This document shows, piece by piece, positions 44,415 to 53,703 of a DNA stretch of 64,000 nt. This DNA is from an uncultured Thermoanaerobaculia bacterium (GTDB lineage Bacteria; Acidobacteriota; Thermoanaerobaculia; Multivoradales; JAGPDF01). The notes under the pieces were generated by a model. The model was not told the origin of the DNA. It saw nothing but the letters and a program-made list of their open reading frames with translations, and did no database searches. Where the stretch lies: the NCBI GenBank assembly GCA_964591165.1, contig CAZPZW010000002.1, positions 3,840 to 67,839 of the forward strand. The letters are read 5' to 3'. Position numbers and translations under genes: made by a program. Within the stretch, counting starts at the first letter, position 1, and each line of letters starts with the position of its first letter.

Positions 44415-44455
44415 CCGCCACCCGCTCGCCCGCCCGGGTCGGCGGCCGAGCGACC

Positions 44456-45730
44456 ATGATCGACATCCCCGGCCAGGTGGAGGGCCACCGACTCACCAAC
44501 GGACTACGCGTCCTGCTCCATCGCGACGACCGGCTTCCTCTGGTGGCGGTGAACCTCTGGTATCACGTCGGCTCCCGCCACGACCCGCCGAACCGCACCG
44601 GGCTCGCGCACCTCTTCGAGCACATGCTCTTCCAGGGCAGCGCCCACGTCGCGGCCAACGAGCACTTCCGCCAGGTGCAGCGCGTCGGTGGCGTGGCCAA
44701 TGGCTCGACCTGGTACGACCGCACCAATTACTACGAGACGTTGCCCGCCGACCATCTGGAGCTCGGCCTCTGGCTCGAATCGGACCGCATGGGTTTCCTG
44801 CGCGAGACCCTCGCGGCCGAGAAGCTCGAGACCCAACGTCAGGTCGTGCTCAACGAGCGCCGACAGCGGGTCGACAACCAGCCCTACGGCAAGGCCTACG
44901 AGCGGCTCTTCGAGCTGCTCTTTCCGGTGGGTCACCCCTACCGCTGGCCGGTGATCGGCAGCGAGCAGGACATCTCGAGCGCGACCCTCGACGAGGTGCG
45001 CGCCTTCTACGACCGCCACTATCTGCCCGCCAACGCCACTTTGACCCTGGCCGGCGACTTCGATCCGGCGGCCGCCCTGGAGGCGGTGCATCGCTGGTTC
45101 GGCGAGCTGCCCGCCGCGGACGCCCCCGACCAGCGACGACTGCCGCTCGAACCGCTCGACGCGTCGATCGAGGAGGAGCGGCACGACCGGGTCCCGCTCG
45201 CCCGGCTCTACATCGCGTTCCGCATCGCGCCGTTCGCCACACCCGAGTGGTGGGCCGCGCGTCTCGCCGTCGCCGCGCTCTGCGACGGCAAGTCGAGCCC
45301 GCTCTACGACGACCTCGTGGTCCGCCGGCAGCTCGCCAGGGATGTTTCGGGGTTCGTCCTCCCGACCGAGCAGGTGGGTATCGTCCTGTTCGGGCTCACC
45401 GCCCTTCCCGGCGCCGAGCCGAGAGCCCTGGCGGAGGCCTTCTGGGGGCAACTCGAGGATGCCGCCAGGTTCGACCTGCCGCCAAGCGAGATCGAGCGCG
45501 CCCGACGCCGGCATTTCGCCGCAGCGGTTTCCGCCCTGCAGTCGCTCGACGAGCGCGCCGACCTGATGGCGCAGTACGCGACTTTCTTCGACGCGCCCGA
45601 ACGGGCCTTCCACGAGGCCGCAGCACTGGAGCAGATCGACACCGGGGCCCTGCGGCCGCTGGTCGCCGGCCGGCTGGCGAGAGCCCGTGCCGTGACCCTC
45701 ACCGTGCTACCGGCGGGCGACGCCGCGTGA
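44456..45730 (+). CDS. M16 (pitrilysin) family zinc peptidase, active subunit
   Basis: 424 aa. GLAHLFEHMLFQG is the inverted zincin HxxEH motif, and NGSTWYDRTNYY follows. Confidence 0.9.
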   Translation: MIDIPGQVEGHRLTNGLRVLLHRDDRLPLVAVNLWYHVGSRHDPPNRTGLAHLFEHMLFQGSAHVAANEHFRQVQRVGGVANGSTWYDRTNYYETLPADHLELGLWLESDRMGFLRETLAAEKLETQRQVVLNERRQRVDNQPYGKAYERLFELLFPVGHPYRWPVIGSEQDISSATLDEVRAFYDRHYLPANATLTLAGDFDPAAALEAVHRWFGELPAADAPDQRRLPLEPLDASIEEERHDRVPLARLYIAFRIAPFATPEWWAARLAVAALCDGKSSPLYDDLVVRRQLARDVSGFVLPTEQVGIVLFGLTALPGAEPRALAEAFWGQLEDAARFDLPPSEIERARRRHFAAAVSALQSLDERADLMAQYATFFDAPERAFHEAAALEQIDTGALRPLVAGRLARARAVTLTVLPAGDAA

Positions 45731-47112
45731 ACCTGCGAATCGACCGCGGCGCTCCGCCCACGCCCGGCGCGCCACGGCCGCGAGCCCTGCCGAGCCTGGA
45801 GCGCCGGCGTCTGGCCTCGGGGCTCGAGCTCCTGCTGGCTCCGCGCTCGAGCGCCCCGCTGGTCGAGCTGGCCCTGCTCCTGCCGGCAGGCGCGGAGCGT
45901 GATCCCGTGGGGCGCGCCGGACTCGCCGCGCTCGCCGCCGCTCTCGCCGACGAAGGGAGCGACCGGCGCACCGGTACCGAGCTCGCCGCCCTCCTCGAGC
46001 GACTCGGCGGCTCGCTGGCGAGCCGGGCGGACTGGGACCGGGGGACGGTGCAGGCCAGCCTGCTGGCCAAGGACCTGCGGCGCGGTCTCGAGCTGGTCGC
46101 GGAGGTGGCGCTCCGCCCGGCGTTTCCGGAGCACGAAGTCGAGCGATTACGCCGCCAGGCCCTGGCCGAGATCCAGCGGCGGCGGGACGATCCGTCGGCC
46201 CTGGCGGACGAGTGCCTGATGCGCCACCTCTACGCCGGCACGCCCTACGCCGCACCGCTCGTCGGTTCTCCCGAGACGCTCGCGGAGCTGACGCGCCGGG
46301 AGATCGTCGACTTCCACGCCGGCCACTATTCCGTTGCGGCCTCGACCCTGGTCGTGGCCGGTGACTTCTCGGTCGACGCCGTCCTGGAGCTCGCGGCAGA
46401 GGTCTTCTCCGGAGCGGCGCGGGTCGCGGTGCCGGCGCCGCCCGAGATCTCTCCGGACCGGCTGGCGTCGCCGCGCGTCGTGGTCGTCGATCGGCTTGGC
46501 GCTCCGCAGAGCGAACTGCGCCTCGGCCTCGCCGGGATTCCGCGCGACCACCCGGACCGCACGGCGCTCGGCCTGATCAACATGGTGCTGGGCGGAAAGT
46601 TCACCAGCCGGCTCAATCTGAACCTCCGGGAGCGGCATGGGATCACCTACGGCGCGGCGAGCCGGCTCGTCGACCGGCGGGGTCCTGGTCCCTTCGTGCT
46701 GGCGAGCGCCGTGTCGACGGAGGCGGCCGGTCTGGCGGTCCGCGAATCCCTCACGGAGCTCGCGCGCCTGGTCTCCGAGCCGATCGACGGGGAGGAGCTC
46801 GCCGAGGCGCGAAGCTACCTGCTCGGCGTCTTCCCCTACAGCCTGCAGACCATCGAAGGGCTGTTCGCCCGCGCGCTCGACGTGGCGCGGTTCGGGCTGC
46901 CGGTCGACCATTTCGCCCGCGCCCTGGACGAGCTCGAAGCCCTCGATCCGGCGACGCTGTCCAGAGTGGCGAGCGATCACCTGCGCGCGACGCAGTGCTG
47001 GATCGTCGTGGTGGGTCCGGCGGAGCAGCTCGAGCCGCAGCTGGCCGAGTTCGGCGAACTGACGCGTTGGTGCCCGCCGGCGAGCCGCGACGACGCCGCG
47101 CGCTCTAGTTGA
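45727..47112 (+). CDS. M16 family peptidase, non-catalytic (no HxxEH) partner subunit
   Basis: This is the 3' part of ORF 45247..47112. The GTG 45727 start forms a GTGA overlap with the upstream stop. It has the M16 fold pattern (LPSLERRRLASGLELLLAPRSSAPLVEL...) but lacks the zinc motif. Confidence 0.8.
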   Translation: MNLRIDRGAPPTPGAPRPRALPSLERRRLASGLELLLAPRSSAPLVELALLLPAGAERDPVGRAGLAALAAALADEGSDRRTGTELAALLERLGGSLASRADWDRGTVQASLLAKDLRRGLELVAEVALRPAFPEHEVERLRRQALAEIQRRRDDPSALADECLMRHLYAGTPYAAPLVGSPETLAELTRREIVDFHAGHYSVAASTLVVAGDFSVDAVLELAAEVFSGAARVAVPAPPEISPDRLASPRVVVVDRLGAPQSELRLGLAGIPRDHPDRTALGLINMVLGGKFTSRLNLNLRERHGITYGAASRLVDRRGPGPFVLASAVSTEAAGLAVRESLTELARLVSEPIDGEELAEARSYLLGVFPYSLQTIEGLFARALDVARFGLPVDHFARALDELEALDPATLSRVASDHLRATQCWIVVVGPAEQLEPQLAEFGELTRWCPPASRDDAARSS

Positions 47113-49078
47113 GCTCGGCGGTCGTCCGGCCCTCGCTGTCGACGCGGATCTCGAGCTCGTTCTTCGAGCCGCCGGCGAGCTCCCCTTCCACCACCACGGC
47201 GCGGGTGGGCTTGCCCTTGGGGGCGACGTAGACGCGCAGGGTGTGGGGCCCGGCCGCGAGCGTCCGGCTGGCCTCGAGCGTCCCCGAGAGCTTCTCGCTG
47301 CGCAAGAAGCCGGTCTTGCGCACGAACTTGAACGGCTCGCGGAGAATCTGCCGCTCGCCGTCGTAGATCGTCAGCACGCCCTCGGAGAACTCGGAGAAGA
47401 AATCGATCGACAGCTCGGCGTCGCGCGCGACCGCCGCCGGCGCCGCGGGCTGGACCTTCGGCGTCGCCACCGGCTGGGTCGTCGCCGGGGCCGGCGCGCC
47501 GCCGGCCGCCGGGGGCGCCGACTTCTGCGCTCTCAGCCGCTCCTTCTGACGTTCCAGGGCCGCCTCGGAATCGTGCAGCAGCTTCGTCGCCTCGGGATGA
47601 TCGGGGAGGTAGCCGAGCACCTCGTTCGCCGCGACCATGGCGGCCTCGTAACGCCGCTTGGCGTAGGCGTCGCGCGCCTCGACGAGGCCCTCCGAGACCT
47701 TCTGCTCCCGCTCAGCGGCGGCCGCGACGTCGCGCGAGATGCGGTCGACCTCCTCGCGCATCGCCTTTGCCTCGGGGTTCGCCGGTTCAGCCTGCTCGGC
47801 GCGTGCGATCGCCTGCAGCGCGCCCTGCAGACTTCCCTGATCTAGCAGGTTCCGCGCCTCGGCGAGGGCGCGGACCGCCGCCGCGTGCTGGGTCTCGGCG
47901 AGCGTCGGCACCGTCGCCTGCCGAGCGGGCCCGTCGCCGTCGATCGCCCAGAGAGCGATCAGACCGACGACGGCGACCCCCGCCAAGCTGGCGATCATCA
48001 CCTGGATCAGGCGCTGCTTTCGGATCTTCCCCAACGCCTCGCCGACCTGCGTCGGCCCGCTGAGCGAGGCCGGCGGCAACGCCGGGGTGACCAGCGCGGG
48101 GGGGACGGGAAGGGCCTTCGGCTCGACCGCCCGCGCCGCGGGTCGCGAGACCTCCTCTTCCTTGGCTCCCGCCACCCGGTCGACCGTGTCCTCGACGACT
48201 TCCTGGGTCGCCGAGGTGTCGTCCTCGTCGTTCGCGTCGGCGATCGACCGACGCAGCTCGGCGGCGATCTCGGCCGCGCGCGGGTAGCGGCGATTGGGGT
48301 CCTTCTCCAGGCAGCGGTTGAGCACCGCGCTCAATCCGGGAGCGAGATCGCGCACGATCTCCTCGGGCGGCGTGAAAGCCTCGTGGACGATCTTGTGCGT
48401 CACGGCCGTGAGGTTCTCGCCCTGGAACGGCTTCCGGCGCGTGATCATCTCGTAGAGGACGACGCCGAGCGAGAAGATGTCGGCCCGGTGATCGACCTCC
48501 TTGCCCTGGATCTGCTCGGGCGCCATGTAGTTCGGCGTGCCGAGCAGTTGGCCCTCCATCGTCAGATTCGAGGTGTCGAGGCGGGCGATGCCGAAGTCGG
48601 TGATCTTGACCTTGTTGTCCTGGGTGATCAGGATGTTCGCCGGCTTGATGTCACGATGCACGACGCCGCGCGAATGGGCGTAGTCGAGCCCTTCGGCGAT
48701 CTGCGCCACGATGTCGATCAGGAACTCCGTCGCAAAGGGCTCGGGACGCTGCAGCATCTGCTTGAGATTCGTCCCCTTGACGTACTCCATCGCGATGAAA
48801 CAGACCCCGTCGGCCCCGCCCTCGTCGACCACGTCGTGGATCGTCACGATGTTCGGATGCGAGAGGATCCCGGCGCTCTGGGCCTCGCGGACGAATCGCG
48901 AGCGGAACTGCTGCAGCTCCTGATCCTTGGCAGAGAAGCCGACGCGGAAGGTCTTGAGCGCGACCTGGCGGCCGATCAGCGGATCGCGCGCCAGGTAGAC
49001 CACTCCCATCGCGCCCTTGCCGATCTCCTCCAGGACCTCGTAGCGGCCGAGCTTCTGCGGCGAACTGGGATTGGTCAT
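47105..49078 (-). CDS. Hanks-type Ser/Thr protein kinase with a TM segment and extracytoplasmic C-terminal region
   Basis: 657 aa with GKGAMGVVYLA, VALK, HRDIKPANIL, DFGIA and APE. The TM helix LIQVMIASLAGVAVVGLIALWAI is followed by a helical/TPR-like region and a beta-rich C-terminus. Confidence 0.9.
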   Translation of the reverse strand: MTNPSSPQKLGRYEVLEEIGKGAMGVVYLARDPLIGRQVALKTFRVGFSAKDQELQQFRSRFVREAQSAGILSHPNIVTIHDVVDEGGADGVCFIAMEYVKGTNLKQMLQRPEPFATEFLIDIVAQIAEGLDYAHSRGVVHRDIKPANILITQDNKVKITDFGIARLDTSNLTMEGQLLGTPNYMAPEQIQGKEVDHRADIFSLGVVLYEMITRRKPFQGENLTAVTHKIVHEAFTPPEEIVRDLAPGLSAVLNRCLEKDPNRRYPRAAEIAAELRRSIADANDEDDTSATQEVVEDTVDRVAGAKEEEVSRPAARAVEPKALPVPPALVTPALPPASLSGPTQVGEALGKIRKQRLIQVMIASLAGVAVVGLIALWAIDGDGPARQATVPTLAETQHAAAVRALAEARNLLDQGSLQGALQAIARAEQAEPANPEAKAMREEVDRISRDVAAAAEREQKVSEGLVEARDAYAKRRYEAAMVAANEVLGYLPDHPEATKLLHDSEAALERQKERLRAQKSAPPAAGGAPAPATTQPVATPKVQPAAPAAVARDAELSIDFFSEFSEGVLTIYDGERQILREPFKFVRKTGFLRSEKLSGTLEASRTLAAGPHTLRVYVAPKGKPTRAVVVEGELAGGSKNELEIRVDSEGRTTAELN

Positions 49079-49104
49079 TCGTACTGGGCTCGAGAAGTGC
49101 CGTC

Positions 49105-49133
49105 ATTCTAGGCGGGGCACCGAAAGCGGTCAA
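49105..49133 (-). promoter_or_regulatory. Candidate promoter TTGACC-N17-TAGAAT for the Ser/Thr kinase gene
   Basis: Near-consensus hexamers with optimal spacing, 26 nt upstream of ATG 49078. Confidence 0.5.
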
Positions 49134-49212
49134 ACGAATTCGGACAGCTCCGGCCAGAGCGCTGGAAGGGCCGCGCAGACACCTCGCCAGAGCCGACTAA
49201 ATCCTATTGCTT

Positions 49213-49221
49213 TGATATAGT
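49213..49221 (+). promoter_or_regulatory. Extended -10 element TGaTATAGT upstream of the EF-G paralog
   Basis: Read directly from the sequence. It lies ~40 nt upstream of ATG 49262, and the SD GAGAGGAG follows. Confidence 0.4.
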
Positions 49222-49261
49222 TCCGACGTCGTTTGCAGTCCCAGAGAGGAGATTCCGTCCG

Positions 49262-51352
49262 ATGCAGGTCGACAGCCCCGCCAAGATCCGCAACATCGCC
49301 ATCGCGGGCCACAACGACACCGGCAAGACCACTCTCGCGAGCGCCCTGCTCTTCACCTCGGGCGCGGCCCCGCGCTTCGGCAAGGTCGAGGACGGCAACA
49401 CCACAACCGACTTCGACCCCGAGGAGGCCGAACGCGGCATTTCGATCGGTCTCGCGGTCTGCTACGCGCCCTGGAAGCACCACAAGCTCAACTTCATCGA
49501 CTCGCCCGGCTACGGCATCTTCTTCTCGGAGACCCGCGCGGCGCTGCGTGCTGCGGACGCGGCACTGCTCTGCGTGAGCGGCGTCGCCGGCGTCGAGGTC
49601 AACACCGAGAAGGTGTGGGACGCCGCCACCGACCTCGAGCTGCCGGTCATCATCCACCTCAACAAGATGGACCGCGAGCGCGCCGACCTCGACCGCAGCC
49701 TCGACAGCCTGCACAAGATCTTCGGCCGCCAGGTGATCCCGATCCAACTGCCCATCGGCTCCGAGAAGGACTTCGTGGGCGTCGTCGACCTGGTGACCTC
49801 CAAGGCGTACACCTTCGAGCGGGACGGCAGCGGCAAGGGCAAGGAGATTCCCATCCCGGCCGATCTCCTCGCCGAAACCGAGGCCGCCAGGACCAGGCTG
49901 GTGGAGGCCGTGGCCGAGACCGACGAAGCACTGCTCGAGCACTTCTTCGAGGAGGGCGCGCTCTCCTCCGACGAGCTCGAGCGCGGGCTCCGCGCCGCCG
50001 TCGCGACGCGCAAGATCTTCCCGCTGACGCTCGGCTCCTCGCTGCACCTCATCGGCTGCTCGGCGCTGCTCGATCGACTCATCGACCTGGTTCCCTCGCC
50101 GGCCGACCGCGGATTCCCGGCGCGCCGGATCGACGGCTCGGCAATCCAGGTGGCGGCGGATCCCACGAAGGCGGCGGCGGCGCTGGTCTTGAAGACCCTC
50201 AACGATCCGTTCACCGGCCGACTGACCATCCTGCGCGTCCTCTCCGGGACCCTGCACAACGACGGCCAGCTGTGGAACACCCGCGCCGAGGAGAGCGAGA
50301 AGGCCCATGGGCTCATGGTCCTCCAGGGCAAGCAGGGATCGGCCACGCCGAAGCTCATCGCCGGCGACGTCGGCGGCGTCCCCAAGCTGCGAGTCACCCA
50401 GACCGGCGACACCTTGACCGCCAAGGACCACCCTCTCACCGCGGAGTGGATCCAGATCGCCGAGCCGGCGATGTCTTTCGCCATCGAACCCAAGAGCAAG
50501 GGCGACGAGGAGAAGATCGGCGACGCCCTGCATCGGCTCATCGAGGAGGATCCGTCGATCCGGGCCGGACGCGATCCCCAGACCGGCGAGTTCCTGCTCT
50601 CCGGCACCAGCCAGCTGCACGTCGAGATCACGCTCGCGCGCATGAAGCGGCGATCCAACGTCGAGGTCCTGCTGCACGCGCCCAAGGTCCCCTACCGGGA
50701 GACGATCCTCCGCCCAGCCGAGGGCCACGGCCGGCACAAGAAGCAGACCGGCGGCCGCGGTCAGTTCGCCGACTGTCGCATCAAGATCGAACCGCTGCCC
50801 CGCGGCGCCGACTTCGAGTTCGTCGACGAGATCTTCGGCGGAGCGATTCCGCAGAACTACCGGCCCGCCGTGGAGAAGGGTATCCAGGAGGCGCGGCAGC
50901 GCGGATTCCTCGCCGGCTACCCGATGGTCGACTTTCGCGTGATGCTCACCGACGGGCAGTACCACGACGTCGACTCCTCGGAGCTCGCCTTCAAGATCGC
51001 CGGCTCCCTGGCCTACAAGGACGCCATGCAGCAGGCCAGCCCGACGATCCTCGAGCCGGTGATGAAGGTCGAGATCCACACCAGCGAGGAGTTCATGGGC
51101 GACATCATGAGCGACCTCTCGCACCGTCGCGGGCGGCCTCAGGGCATGGAAGCGCGCAATGGCGTCCAGATCGTCCAGGCGCAGGTCCCCATGGCGGAGA
51201 TGCTCAACTACGCGCCGGCGCTGCGCTCGATGACGCAGGGACGGTCGAGCTTCCTCATGGAGTTCTCCCACTACGAGGAGGTTCCCCGCCAGGTGCAGGA
51301 GAAGATCATCGCCGAAGCGCGCAAGCGCATGAAGGAAGAGCAGGAAGGTTGA
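49262..51352 (+). CDS. Elongation factor G paralog (EF-G2-like translational GTPase)
   Basis: 696 aa with NIAIAGHNDTGKTTL (G1), DSPGY (G3) and NKMD (G4), and domains II-V colinear with EF-G. It is located away from the str operon position expected for the canonical fusA. Confidence 0.9.
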   Translation: MQVDSPAKIRNIAIAGHNDTGKTTLASALLFTSGAAPRFGKVEDGNTTTDFDPEEAERGISIGLAVCYAPWKHHKLNFIDSPGYGIFFSETRAALRAADAALLCVSGVAGVEVNTEKVWDAATDLELPVIIHLNKMDRERADLDRSLDSLHKIFGRQVIPIQLPIGSEKDFVGVVDLVTSKAYTFERDGSGKGKEIPIPADLLAETEAARTRLVEAVAETDEALLEHFFEEGALSSDELERGLRAAVATRKIFPLTLGSSLHLIGCSALLDRLIDLVPSPADRGFPARRIDGSAIQVAADPTKAAAALVLKTLNDPFTGRLTILRVLSGTLHNDGQLWNTRAEESEKAHGLMVLQGKQGSATPKLIAGDVGGVPKLRVTQTGDTLTAKDHPLTAEWIQIAEPAMSFAIEPKSKGDEEKIGDALHRLIEEDPSIRAGRDPQTGEFLLSGTSQLHVEITLARMKRRSNVEVLLHAPKVPYRETILRPAEGHGRHKKQTGGRGQFADCRIKIEPLPRGADFEFVDEIFGGAIPQNYRPAVEKGIQEARQRGFLAGYPMVDFRVMLTDGQYHDVDSSELAFKIAGSLAYKDAMQQASPTILEPVMKVEIHTSEEFMGDIMSDLSHRRGRPQGMEARNGVQIVQAQVPMAEMLNYAPALRSMTQGRSSFLMEFSHYEEVPRQVQEKIIAEARKRMKEEQEG

Positions 51353-51380
51353 GGCCTGCGCCGACGAAGGAGGATTTCGC

Positions 51381-51938
51381 TTGAATCAAGCCAGCTCTCT
51401 GCGCTCCGGAATGTGCGTGCTGCACAACGGAGAGGTCTGCCGAGTCATGTCGGTGATCCACCGGACCCCGGGAAACCTCCGGGCTTTCGTTCAGGTCCGC
51501 ATGAGGAATCTCAAGTCCGGCAACAGCTTCGAGCATCGCTTCAGTTCGACGGAGATGGTCGAGCGGGCGATCCTCGACACCGTGCCGATGGAGTACCTCT
51601 ACTCCGACTCGAGCGGCCATCACTTCATGAACCAGCAGAACTACGAGCAGCTCGCGCTGGCGGACGAGGTCCTCGGCGACGCTCTGCAGTACATGCTGCC
51701 CAACACCGTGCTGAAAGTGGACTTCTACGAGAGCACGCCGGTCGGCATCGAACTGCCGAACACCGTCGTTCTGCAGGTGGTCGACACGGAGCCCGGGATG
51801 AAGGGCGCCACGGCGTCTTCGTCCTACAAGCCGGCGAAGATGGAGACCGGCTTGATCGTCCAGGTGCCGCCGTTCATCGAACCCGGGACCAAGATAGAGA
51901 TCGACACCCGCGAGAACAAGTACCTGCGGCGGGTCTGA
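51381..51938 (+). CDS. efp: Elongation factor P
   Basis: 185 aa. The TTG start lies 6 nt after AAGGAGGA. The sequence contains VIHRTPGNLRAFVQVRMRNLKSGN...YLYSD....FM......EQ and PPFIE.G..I.IDTR...Y..R. Confidence 0.93.
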   Translation: MNQASSLRSGMCVLHNGEVCRVMSVIHRTPGNLRAFVQVRMRNLKSGNSFEHRFSSTEMVERAILDTVPMEYLYSDSSGHHFMNQQNYEQLALADEVLGDALQYMLPNTVLKVDFYESTPVGIELPNTVVLQVVDTEPGMKGATASSSYKPAKMETGLIVQVPPFIEPGTKIEIDTRENKYLRRV

Positions 51939-51973
51939 CACGACGAGGCGCCGAGCTCAGCGGCGTAGACGAA

Positions 51974-52001
51974 AACGGCCGGCGATCGCTCGCCGGCCGT
52001 T
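51974..52001. terminator. Bidirectional intrinsic terminator between efp and rplQ
   Basis: A 12-bp perfect stem AACGGCCGGCGA-tcgc-TCGCCGGCCGTT. It is followed by TTCTGTCTT on the plus strand and TTTTCGTC on the minus strand. Confidence 0.7.
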
Positions 52002-52033
52002 CTGTCTTCCCTGCTGACCGCGGGACGTTCGAC

Positions 52034-52657
52034 TCAGGATCCGCCGACCTTCTTCGGAGAGGAAGCTTTGCGCGTCGCCGTCGAGGTGCGGCGCGGCTTG
52101 GCGTCGACCTTGCCGGGCTTCTCCGCCTTGGCCGTCGGCTTCTTGCTCGCCGCCTTGGCCGGCTTCGCGCCGCTCGCCTTCTTCGGCTTCGCCTTCTCCT
52201 CGGCCGGGGCCTCGGGCGCCGCGGCGCCCTCCGCCGGCTTGGACTTGCGTCCCTTGGCCTTGGGCTCGCTCTCCTTCGCCGGGGTCGCCTTCTTCTTGAG
52301 CTCGAAGTCCACGAACTCGAGCACCGCCATCTCCGCGCCGTCACCCAGGCGGGAGCCGAGCTTCACGATCCGCGTGTAGCCGCCAGGTCGCGTCGAGAAA
52401 CGCGGCGCGATGTCGTCGAAGAGCTTCTTGATCAGGTCGCGATTGGCGATCCAGCGCCCCACCAGGCGGCGCGCATGAACCGTCCCACGCTTGCCCTGCG
52501 TGACTACTCGCTCGACGATGGGTCGGAGCTCCTTGGCCTTCGGAAGCGTGGTGACGATCCGCCCCTGGGAGACGAGTGAAATCAACTGATTCCGAAACAT
52601 GGCGAACCGGTGGCCGGTCTTGCGCCCCAGTTTGCGCCCGGAACGATTGTGCCGCAT
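52034..52657 (-). CDS. rplQ: 50S ribosomal protein L17 with a ~85-aa Lys/Ala/Pro-rich C-terminal extension
   Basis: The sequence MRHNRSGRKLGRKTGHRFAMFRNQ...GGYTRIVKLGSRLGDGAEMAVLEFV is followed by KKKATPAKESEPKAKGRKSKPAEGAAAPEAPAEEKAKPKKASGAKPAKAASKKPTAKAEKPGK... Confidence 0.93.
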   Translation of the reverse strand: MRHNRSGRKLGRKTGHRFAMFRNQLISLVSQGRIVTTLPKAKELRPIVERVVTQGKRGTVHARRLVGRWIANRDLIKKLFDDIAPRFSTRPGGYTRIVKLGSRLGDGAEMAVLEFVDFELKKKATPAKESEPKAKGRKSKPAEGAAAPEAPAEEKAKPKKASGAKPAKAASKKPTAKAEKPGKVDAKPRRTSTATRKASSPKKVGGS

Positions 52658-52682
52658 CTTGCTAGCCCTCCGCCGCCCGACC

Positions 52683-53666
52683 TCAGGCGCCGTATCCAGC
52701 GCCCGGCTGATCCGAGACGCTCATTCCGAAAGAAAGACCGAGGCGGCCGAGAAGCTCCTGCAACTCCTCGAGCGACTTCTTGCCGAAGTTCTTGATTTCG
52801 AGGATCTCGCGCTCCGACTTCGACACCAGGTCACGAACGGTCTGGATGCTCGCGTTCTTCAGGCAGTTCGCCGTGCGGACCGACAGATCGAACTCCTCGA
52901 GGTTCTTGGACAGCACCGCCTCCAGGCCCGTCGCTTCCTGCCCGGCCGCGCCGCCATCCACACGAACGCCCTCTTCGGCCGCCATGAAGATGGTCAGGTG
53001 ATCCTTGAGCAGGGTCGCGGCGAGGGAAACGGCCTCCTCGGGCACGACGGTCCCGTTGGTCCACACGTCGAGCGTGAGCTTCTCGTAGTCGGTCATCCGC
53101 CCGAGACGCGCCGCCTCGACGCGGTAATTGACCCGCTTGACCGGGCTGTGCACCGAGTCCAACGGGATCCAACCCAGACCGAGCGACTCGTCGAAGTTCT
53201 TGTCGGCAGTGACGTATCCGCGCCCACGGCGGATGTGCACCTGGAGCTTCAGCCGACCTTCCTCGTTGACCGTCGCCACGTGGACGTTGGGATCGCAGAT
53301 CTCGACCTGGGGGTCACCCGCGAGGTCCGCCGCCTTGACCTCGCGGGGACCTTTGACGTCCAGCGTCAGGATCTTCGGGTCCTCGGAGTGCAGGCGAACC
53401 GGAATCTGCTTGAGGTTCAGTACGACGTTGGTGACGTCCTCCTGGACACCGGGAATCGAGGAGAACTCGTGCAGGACTCCCTCGATCTGGACGGCGGTGA
53501 TCGCCGCACCTTCGATCGAGGAGAGGAGACAGCGGCGCAGGGCGTTCCCGACCGTGGTCGCGAAACCGCGCTCGAACGGCTGTGCCGAGAACTTGCCGTA
53601 GGTTCCGGTGAGGCTCTCGGTGTCGATGTCGACACGCTTGGGGCGCTGAAAACCCTTCCAAAGCAT
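52683..53666 (-). CDS. rpoA: DNA-directed RNA polymerase alpha subunit
   Basis: 327 aa. GNALRRCLLSSIEGAAITAVQIEGVLHEFS is followed by a C-terminal domain (LSVRTANCLKNASIQTVRDLV). Confidence 0.96.
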   Translation of the reverse strand: MLWKGFQRPKRVDIDTESLTGTYGKFSAQPFERGFATTVGNALRRCLLSSIEGAAITAVQIEGVLHEFSSIPGVQEDVTNVVLNLKQIPVRLHSEDPKILTLDVKGPREVKAADLAGDPQVEICDPNVHVATVNEEGRLKLQVHIRRGRGYVTADKNFDESLGLGWIPLDSVHSPVKRVNYRVEAARLGRMTDYEKLTLDVWTNGTVVPEEAVSLAATLLKDHLTIFMAAEEGVRVDGGAAGQEATGLEAVLSKNLEEFDLSVRTANCLKNASIQTVRDLVSKSEREILEIKNFGKKSLEELQELLGRLGLSFGMSVSDQPGAGYGA

Positions 53667-53703
53667 GATGGGGCTCCTTGCAGTAAGCGAACGCCGCCCG
53701 GAC

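Noticed and set aside
49130-51271. 713-aa minus-strand ORF opposite the EF-G paralog; other antisense or out-of-frame ORFs behave the same way (for example 29057..31168, 1738..4176, 22616..23950 and 24468..26642)
   Set aside because: All are antisense to, or out of frame with, strongly supported genes. All show the R/G/A/P/D-rich composition expected from GC-rich non-coding frames.
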